NCBI GenBank assembly: GCA_963843015.1
Contig: CAWJIR010000009.1
Span: 170,226 to 234,225 of the forward strand
Source of the DNA: an uncultured Chloroflexia bacterium
GTDB lineage: Bacteria > Chloroflexota > Limnocylindria > QHBO01
Length of the DNA stretch: 64,000 bases
Direction of reading: 5' to 3'
The notes beneath the pieces were generated by a model. It made no database searches. It worked only from the letters and a program-made list of their open reading frames with translations, and had not been told where the DNA came from. How positions within the stretch are numbered: position 1 is the stretch's first letter; the number at the start of each line of letters is the position of its first letter. Shown here piece by piece: positions 57,076 to 64,000 of the stretch. The position numbers and the translations under genes were made by a program.

Positions 57076-58183
57076 TCCCGATCGCGCAGCCCCAGATCGG
57101 CCCCGAGGAGCAGGCCCTCGTGGCGGAGACGCTCGCGTCCGGCTCGCTGGCCCAGGGCCCCCGCGTCCGCGAGCTCGAGGAGCGCTTCGCGGCCCTGGTC
57201 GGCGTGTCCGCACGCGGTCGCCACCTCCTCGGGGACGACGGCGCTCCATCTCGCCCTGCTGGCCGCCGGCGTCGGGCCCGAGCGACGAGGTCATCACCGT
57301 CCCGTTCACCTTCATGGCCAGCGGCACGAGCATTCTCTATGTCGGGGCCCGGCCGGTCTTCGTCGACGTCGACGCCCGCTCGTTCATGGCGGTCCCGGAT
57401 CGCGATCGAGGCCGCCATCACGCCCCGGACGAAGGCGATCATGCCGGTCAGCCTCTACGGCCAGCCCGCCGACATGCCCGCCATCGAGGCCATCGCCGAG
57501 CAGCACGGCCTGGCGCTCATCGAGGACGCGGCCCAGACCCATGGGGCCTCCATCGACGGACGCGCGTCGGGGAGCTTCGGACAGGGCGTGTTCAGCTTCT
57601 ACCCGACCAAGAACATGACCACCGGCGAGGGCGGCATGATCACGACCGCCGATGGCGCGCATCTCCGAGTGGGCGCGCCTTCGCCGCGAGCACGGGATGA
57701 AGGTGCGCTACCACCACGACGTGCTCGGCTACAACTTCCGGATGAGCGATATCCACGCGGCCATCGGGCTGGCGCAGCTCGACAAGCTGGCCGGCTTCAA
57801 CGACCGCCGGATCGCGACCGCCGCCCGCTACGAGGCCGAGCTCCGCGGCGTGGTCACGCCATGGGTCCGGCCCGGGACGGTCCACGTCTTCCACCAGTAC
57901 ACCATTCGCGTCCTCAAGCGCGACGCGTTCGTCGAGCGCGCTCCGCGAGCGGGGCGTGGGCACCGGGGTCTACTACCCGATCCCGCTGCATCGGCAGAAG
58001 CCGTTCATCGAGCTCGGCTATGGCGACCAGTCGTTCCCGGTCAGCGAGCAGCTGTGCGAGGAGGTCGTCTCCATCCCGGTCCATCCGGGCCTGAGCGACG
58101 CGGACGTGGACACGGTGATCGAGGCCGTGAACGCGGTCGCCACCGAGCTCGGGTCGCATCCGGAGAGCCGGGTCGCGGTATGA
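57072..58183 (+). CDS. DegT/DnrJ/EryC1/StrS-family PLP sugar aminotransferase (WbpE-like), frameshifted several times
   Basis: ...[43 protein letters not shown]...[37 protein letters not shown]...[71 protein letters not shown]...[27 protein letters not shown]...[11 protein letters not shown].... The active-site Lys context is FYPTKN. Confidence 0.8.
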
Positions 58184-59193
58184 GCGGCAGCAGGGCGGGA
58201 GGACCGTCGGCGCGGGCCGCCGTCATCGGCCTCGGGATGATGGGCGCCAACCATGCCCGGGTCCTGAACGAGCTCCCCGAGGTGGACCTCGTGGCGGTGG
58301 CGGATCTCGATCCAGAGGCCGTGGCTCGCGCCACCGCGGGGCGCTCGGCCCGGGGGTACACCGATCCGTCGGCGCTCCTGGCCAACGAGCACCCGGATCT
58401 CGTCGTGGTCGCGGTCCCGACCTCGCTCCACCTGGAGACGACGGTCGAGGCCCTGAGCAGCGGCGCGCACGTCCTGGTCGAGAAGCCGATTGCCGCGACC
58501 CGGAGCGAAGCCGAGGCGATGATCGCGGCCGCCGAGACAGCCGGCCGCATGCTCACCGTCGGCCACATCGAGCGCTTCAACCCGGCCATCCGGGAGCTCA
58601 GCCGACGCCTCGACGCCGGCGAGCTGGGCCGGGTCTTCCAGGTCCGGGCCTCGCGGCTCGGGCCTTTCCCGGCGCGCGTCCGCGACGTCGGGGTCGTCGT
58701 CGACCTCGCTCCCCATGACCTGGACATCATGCGGCTGCTCCTCCATTCGGAGCCGATCCGGATCTACGCCGAGACCGAGCAGCGGATCCACACCGACCAC
58801 GAGGACCTGTTCACCGGGCTGCTGAAGTTCGAGTCCGGAGCGATCGGGCTGCTCGAGATCAACTGGCTGACGCCGACGAAGGTCCGGAAGCTGAGCGTGA
58901 CCGGTGAACGCGGGATGTACGAGGCCGACTACCTGACCCAGGATCTCGTGTTCTACGCCAATCCCGACCAGGTCCTGGTCGCCGAAGGGGAGATGACGCG
59001 GCGCGCGGTCCAGCGCCGGGAGCCGCTCGCGGTGGAGCTGTCGGAGTTCGTCTCCGCCATTCGCCGGGGAGGACCGCCCCCGGTCGACCCCCGGGATGCG
59101 CTGATTGCCATGCTCCTGGCGCGGGCCATGGTGGACTCCGCATTGCGCGGCATCGTCATCGGCGCCGAGGACCTGAGACCGATCCTGGCATGA
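58180..59193 (+). CDS. Gfo/Idh/MocA-family NAD-dependent sugar 3-dehydrogenase (WbpB-like)
   Basis: ...AAVIGLGMMGANHARVLNELPEVDLVAVADLDPEAVARA...VVVAVPTSLHLETTVEALSSGAHVLVEKPIAATRSEAEAMIAAAETAGRMLTVGHIERFNPAIREL... is intact (~337 aa). Confidence 0.75.
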   Translation: MSGSRAGGPSARAAVIGLGMMGANHARVLNELPEVDLVAVADLDPEAVARATAGRSARGYTDPSALLANEHPDLVVVAVPTSLHLETTVEALSSGAHVLVEKPIAATRSEAEAMIAAAETAGRMLTVGHIERFNPAIRELSRRLDAGELGRVFQVRASRLGPFPARVRDVGVVVDLAPHDLDIMRLLLHSEPIRIYAETEQRIHTDHEDLFTGLLKFESGAIGLLEINWLTPTKVRKLSVTGERGMYEADYLTQDLVFYANPDQVLVAEGEMTRRAVQRREPLAVELSEFVSAIRRGGPPPVDPRDALIAMLLARAMVDSALRGIVIGAEDLRPILA

Positions 59194-60465
59194 GGATTGC
59201 CGTTGTCGGGCTTGGGCACATCGGCCTTCCCCTGGCCGTGCAGTACGCGAGCCGCGGCCACGAGGTCATCGGCTGCGACCTGGACGCCCGTGTGGTCGAC
59301 GCCATCAACCGCGGGGAGTCTCCGCACGACGACGAGGCCGAGGTCAGCGAGCAGGTCCCGGCGCTCGTCCGCGAGGGCCGTCTGCGGGCCACCACCGATG
59401 ACGCTGCCGGTGTCCGCGACGCGGAGGTGGTCGTCGTCATCGTGCCGGTCGTCGTGGACGAGGCGCGCCAGGTGGACTTCTCCCAGATCGACGCCGCCAC
59501 CCGTGACCTGGCCCGTGGCCTGTCAGCGGGCACGCTCGTCATTTTCGAGACGACGCTTCCGATCGGCACCACCCGCGATCGGCTGGGCCCGATGCTCGAA
59601 GCCGGATCCGGCCTCCAGGTTGGCCGCGACCTCCAGCTCGCCTTCTCGCCCGAGCGGGTCCTGGTTGGCCGCGTTCTGCTCGACCTGCGGCGCTACCCGA
59701 AGGTCGTCGGTGGGCTGAGCCCGGAGGCGACCGAGCGTGCGGTCGCGTTCTACACCGCCGTCCTCGAGCCGGGAACCGAGATTCGCGCCATGGCCAGTGT
59801 CGAAGCCGCCGAGATGACGAAGCTGGCCGAGACCACCTACCGCGATGTGAACATCGCCCTGGCCAACGAGTTCGCCCAGGTGGCGGACCGCCATGGGATC
59901 GACGTCACCGAGATCATCGCGGCCGCGAACTCCCAGCCATACAGCCACATCCATCAGCCCGGTGTCGGGGTGGGCGGCCATTGCATCCCGGTATATCCCC
60001 ACCTGCTGTTCCACGACGAGCCGACCATGCGCATCCCGCCTCTGGCCCGTGCCGTGAATGACGGCATGGCGGCCTACGCCGTCGGCCACCTCGCCGAGGC
60101 GCTCGGACCGCTGGACGGCGTCGCGGTGCTCGTCCTGGGCATCGGTTACCGAGGAGACGTTCGCGAGGACTTCTTCAGCAGCGCCCTGCTGCTGCGCGAG
60201 GCGCTGGTGGCAGCCGGCGCCACGGTGCACGGCCACGACCCCTACTTCGACGCCGAGCACCTTCTGCGGCGCGGATTCGTCCCGTACGACTTCGCGGCCC
60301 CGGCCCCGGTTCGCGCCGCCATCCTCCAGGCGGCTCACACGGCCTATCAGCGATCTCGATCCGGCCGCGATCCCCGGCCTCGAGGTCCTCGTCGACGGAC
60401 GGAATGCGATGAATCGGGAGCGCATCGAGGCAGCCGGCGTCCGCTACCTCGGAGTCGGCCGCTGA
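59190..60465 (+). CDS. UDP-N-acetyl-D-glucosamine/mannosamine 6-dehydrogenase (nucleotide-sugar dehydrogenase, WbpA/WecC-like); C-terminal frameshift
   Basis: MRIAVVGLGHIGLPLAVQYASRGHEVIGCDLD (Rossmann fold) ...LVIFETTLPIGTTRD...FSPERVLVGRVLLDLRRYPKVVGG...EMTKLAETTYRDVNIALANEFA...GVGVGGHCIPVYP (catalytic Cys)...VLVLGIGYRGDVREDFFSSA... Confidence 0.8.
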
Positions 60466-61253
60466 ACGTGGAGGACCCCGAGCCGACACCGTCGGTCGGT
60501 CTCGCCGCCGGGCGCGGGGTGTGGGTGGTGATCCCGACCTACAACGAGCGCGAGAACCTGACCCGCGTGGTCGAGGCCGCGCTGGCCGCGTTGCCCGAGG
60601 CTCATGTGCTGGTGGTGGATGACCGCTCACCCGACGGGACCGGGGAGCTGGCAGACACGCTCGCCGCCACCAACGCCCGGATCGAAGTCCTCCACCGACC
60701 GGGGAAGGAGGGCCTTGGGGTCGCCTACCGCGACGGGTTCAAACGGGTCCTCGACAAGCCGGGAACGATGGCGGTCGTCCAGATGGACGCCGACCTCAGC
60801 CATGACCCTGCAGACCTGCCCCGCCTCATCGCGCCCCTGATGCGCGACGCGGATCTCGTCCTCGGGACGCGCTGGATGCCCGGTGGCGGCACGGTGGGCT
60901 GGCCATTCCTCCGCCGGATCGTGAGCCGCGGCGGGACCCTCTTCGCTCGAGTCGTCCTGCTGCTGCCCTACCGCGATCTGACCGGCGGCTTCAAGGCATG
61001 GCGCCACGAGCTGCTCGAGGCGATCCGCCTGCGCGAGGCCTCCAGCCAGGGCTATGGCTTCCAGGTGGAGACAACCTGGTGGGCCCACCGCCGTGGTGCG
61101 AAGATCCGCGAGGTCCCGATCATGTTTCGCGAGAGGACGGCGGGGCGCTCGAAGATGTCCGGGTCGATCGTGGCCGAGGCCATCGTTCTCGTGCTTCGCC
61201 TCCGCTGGGGAGCCATCCGCCGACCGTCCCGCCAGCCCCGTGGCGAGCGGTGA
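60466..61253 (+). CDS. GT2 polyprenol-phosphate glycosyltransferase (DPM1/Ppm1/GtrB-like)
   Basis: ...VWVVIPTYNERENLTRVVEAALAALPEAHVLVVDDRSPDGTGELADTLAATNARIEVLHRPGKEGLGVAYRDGFKRVLDK...AVVQMDADLSHDPADLPRLIAPLMRDADLVLGTRWMPGGG. The DxD motif is in QMDAD. Confidence 0.75.
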
Positions 61254-61329
61254 AGGTATCGGGTACCATCCGCGCTCGCCCGCCCAGTTCCCTTGTTGAT
61301 CGCGCCTGCCCGGCGCTGACTGGAGCCCG

Positions 61330-63085
61330 TTGACGTATCGCAGCCGCCCCGCCCCTCGCCGTCGGCACCGGGCCCGCTGGCAGGACGAGCTTCGGACCCA
61401 GCGTCTGCTGGTCGGTGGCTTTGCCGTCGCGATCGCGATCGCCCTCGGGCTGTTCGGGATGAGCGCGTGGAACGCGTACTACGACTCTCACCTGCGGCAG
61501 GTGATCGTGGTCGAGGGCACCAGCGTTTCCACGGAGGCACTCGACCTCCGCCAGGCGATCATGGGTGCGGAGCTACAGGCGACCGGGACCGATCTCTCCG
61601 AGCAGGTGGGCGGTGTCGAGGGGCGGCCTGCTACCGCTCGTGACCCGGTCCTCCAGCAGCAGCTTTCGGTCATCTCCGACCAGTTCTCGAACCTGACGAG
61701 CACGGCCACCGGCTCCATCGTCGACGGTCTGTTCCAGGCCACCCGCGCCGATGGGTTGGGCATCAGCGTCAGTGATGCCGAGATCGACGCCGAGATCGAG
61801 ACCCGGCAGACGCTGCCGGCTCGCATCCAGGTCTCGATCATCGCGGTCGATGCTCTCCCCGCGGATGCGGCGACCGGTGCCGAGCCGACCGACGAGGACT
61901 TTGCCCGGGCCGAGGACGAGGCCGCCGAGATCCGCGCCCAGCTCGACGATGGCGGCGACTTCGCAACCATTGCGGCCGCGCAGTCGGATGACGCCGGCTC
62001 GGCGCAGGCTCAGGGCCTCGTCGGGTGGGTGTCCGAGGACGACGTCCAGTACGGATATCTCTTCCCGCTGGCCGACGGCGTCGAGTCAGGTGAGCTCGCA
62101 GGACCGTCGCGAACCGACGAGGGGTACGTCATCCTGCGCGTCGAGGACCGCACCGAGGCCGGCCCGTTCACCGGTTTTCTCGATCAGCTCGACGCGGCCC
62201 GGGTCACCGACGAGGACTACCGCGCCTACGTGTCCGACGAGCTCCTCCGCCGCGCCTTCCGGACCCATTTCGAGGAGGAGGTGGCGGTCTCGCCCGCGCC
62301 GCAGCGCGAGATCGCCCAGATCCTGATCCTCAACGACCAGGGCACGCCCGCTCCCGAAGCAGCGGATCCGACATCTCCTCGCCCAGCCGATCCCCGGTGC
62401 CGAAGACCAGACCGCGGCCACCGAGGAGCAGTGGCAGGCCGCCCTGGCTCGGGCCGAGGCGTGGTACGAGCAGGTTCAGGACCCCGAGGCCGACTGGTTT
62501 GCTCTCGCCACCGAGAGCGACGATCCCGGCTCGCGCAATAACGGCGGCGACCTCGGCTGGTACGACCCGACGACCGGCCAGTTCGTGCCGGAGTTCGAGG
62601 CCGCGGTCGCCCGGCTGGCGGTCGGCGAGATCAGCGAGCCGGTCCGGACCGACTTTGGCTACCACGTCATCCAGGTGACCGACCAGCGCACGACCGCCCT
62701 CGATTTCGCCGACCGCTTGATCGCCGACCTGCAGGCCGATCCCGACAGCTTCGGGGCGCAGGCGCTGGCCAACAGCGAAGACTCCGCGACCAGGACCGAC
62801 GAGGGCCACCTCGGCTGGGTGGCCCGCTACGAGGGGACCGCGGCCCGGGAGGACGCGATCTTCGCGATGACCGAGGTCGGTGAGATCAGCTCCGCTCCGG
62901 TGATCGATGGCAACCAGATCTGGATCTTCCAGCTCCTCGCCATCAACGAGGAACGCATCATCGAAGAAAGCCGGCTGAGCACGATCAAGTCCACGGGCTA
63001 CACACGCTGGTACGACGAGCTGAAGGCCGACGGCGAGATCTGGATCGACACCCAGCTCCAGCTGGATTCGACCTCGGCGGCGTAG
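61330..63085 (+). CDS. Membrane-anchored parvulin-type peptidyl-prolyl isomerase (PrsA/SurA-like); one frameshift near 62340
   Basis: N-terminal transmembrane segment [19 protein letters not shown]. Long SurA-N-like chaperone region. PpiC domain ...[52 protein letters not shown] and a second parvulin-like segment ...[13 protein letters not shown]...[27 protein letters not shown]. Confidence 0.65.
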
Positions 63086-63096
63086 GCCGCGGCCAC

Positions 63097-64000
63097 CATG
63101 GCGGGTGCCTCGCGATCGGTGGATGAGCTTCTGGCCCAGGCCGGCCTCGATCCGGCCGATGGCGTGCAGGTGGTCGCCGCCGACCGGCTGGCGAGCGCGG
63201 CGTTCGACCCCGGTCTCCCGCTCCTCGTCCTGGCCGCCGAGCCGGAGAGCGACCGCGTGCAACGGGGTTCCCTCCCGGGGCGCCACGCGCGCCGCGGCCC
63301 GGCCGCCGTGCTGGGCGCGCTCTACCCACTCGGACACCTTGCGCGTTCCCTGCCCGCAGGCGAGGCGGTGCGGGTCGAGGAGCTGGACGATGCGAGGCTG
63401 GCGGCCAGTGACTGGTTGGTGCCACCCCTCGCACCCGAGGCGAACCTGGCGTCCCCGCATGGGATGGCTGCCATCAGCGCCCGCCTCCGGGCACCGGACG
63501 GTTGCCCCTGGGACCGACGCCAGGATCACCGCACCCTCCGGCCGTACCTGCTGGAGGAGGCCTACGAGACGGTCGATGCCATCGAGCGCGGCAGCCCGGC
63601 AGACCTCGCCGAGGAGCTCGGCGACCTGTACCTCCAGGTCATCCTCCATGCCCAGCTCGCGGCGGAAGACGGTGCCTTCGACCTCACCGACGTGTACCGG
63701 ACGCTGGGGACGAAGATCATCCGTCGACACCCCCATGTCTTCGGCGATGTGGCGGTGAGCGGCGTGGACCAGGTCGTCACCAACTGGGAGACGATCAAGT
63801 CCACCGAGCGTGAAGACGCCGGCCGCCCAGGCGCGTCCTTCGGCGACGTGGCCCGCACGCTGCCTGCCCTGCCGGCCAGCCGCGAGATCCAGGAGCGGGC
63901 ATCGGCCCTCGGCTGGGACTGGCCCGACGTGGTCGGCGTCTGGGACAAGGTCGGCGAAGAGCTGGACGAGCTGCGCGCCGCCGCCGGTGGACCGGCCCCC
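63097..64000 (+). CDS. mazG: Nucleoside triphosphate pyrophosphohydrolase MazG fused to an N-terminal YabN-like methylase-fold domain (3' end beyond window)
   Basis: ...DPGLPLLVLAAEPE... (tetrapyrrole-methylase-like), then MazG repeat 1 ...CPWDRRQDHRTLRPYLLEEAYETVDAIERG...LAEELGDLYLQVILHAQLAAEDGAFDLTDVYRTLGTKIIRRHPHVFGD and the start of repeat 2 ...FGDVARTLPALPASREIQERASALGWDWPDVVGVWDKVGEELDEL. Confidence 0.75.

Overview
This is a ~64 kb chromosomal segment with very high GC (~70%). Its gene content suggests a Chloroflexi-like or deep-branching actinobacterial lineage. The clues are mreBC, glgE, a UPF0182 protein, Gram-positive-type (Cheo) LexA operators and a RibXY-type riboflavin ABC transporter. 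I can support ~58 protein-coding genes, one FMN riboswitch, two LexA operator/promoter sites and one 3x375-bp near-perfect tandem repeat. I found no rRNA, tRNA, CRISPR array, transposase or integrase. Almost every long gene is broken by one or more frameshifts while the amino-acid signal stays clean on both sides of each break. I read this as consensus indel error in the assembly rather than real pseudogenes, so gene ends are approximate (+/- a few tens of nt). Functional themes are listed below.
- Histidine catabolism is wired into the folate one-carbon pool: hutH, hutU, a glutamate formimidoyltransferase, a stand-alone formimino-THF cyclodeaminase and folD.
- A compact SOS cassette: lexA, a YcaQ/AlkZ-like gene, dinB and a small ORF, with two textbook operator-in-promoter sites.
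- An FMN-riboswitch-controlled ABC importer.
- A purine block: a GuaB3-like IMPDH paralog, a cupin and guaA.
- A cell-envelope block. It holds mreB and mreC, two large secreted multidomain proteins that share a previously unassigned C-terminal triple-repeat module, and a complete UDP-ManNAc(3NAc)A (Wbp-type) sugar pathway with GT4 and GT2 glycosyltransferases. I consider this block the most interesting candidate in the window for an undescribed surface-anchoring system.
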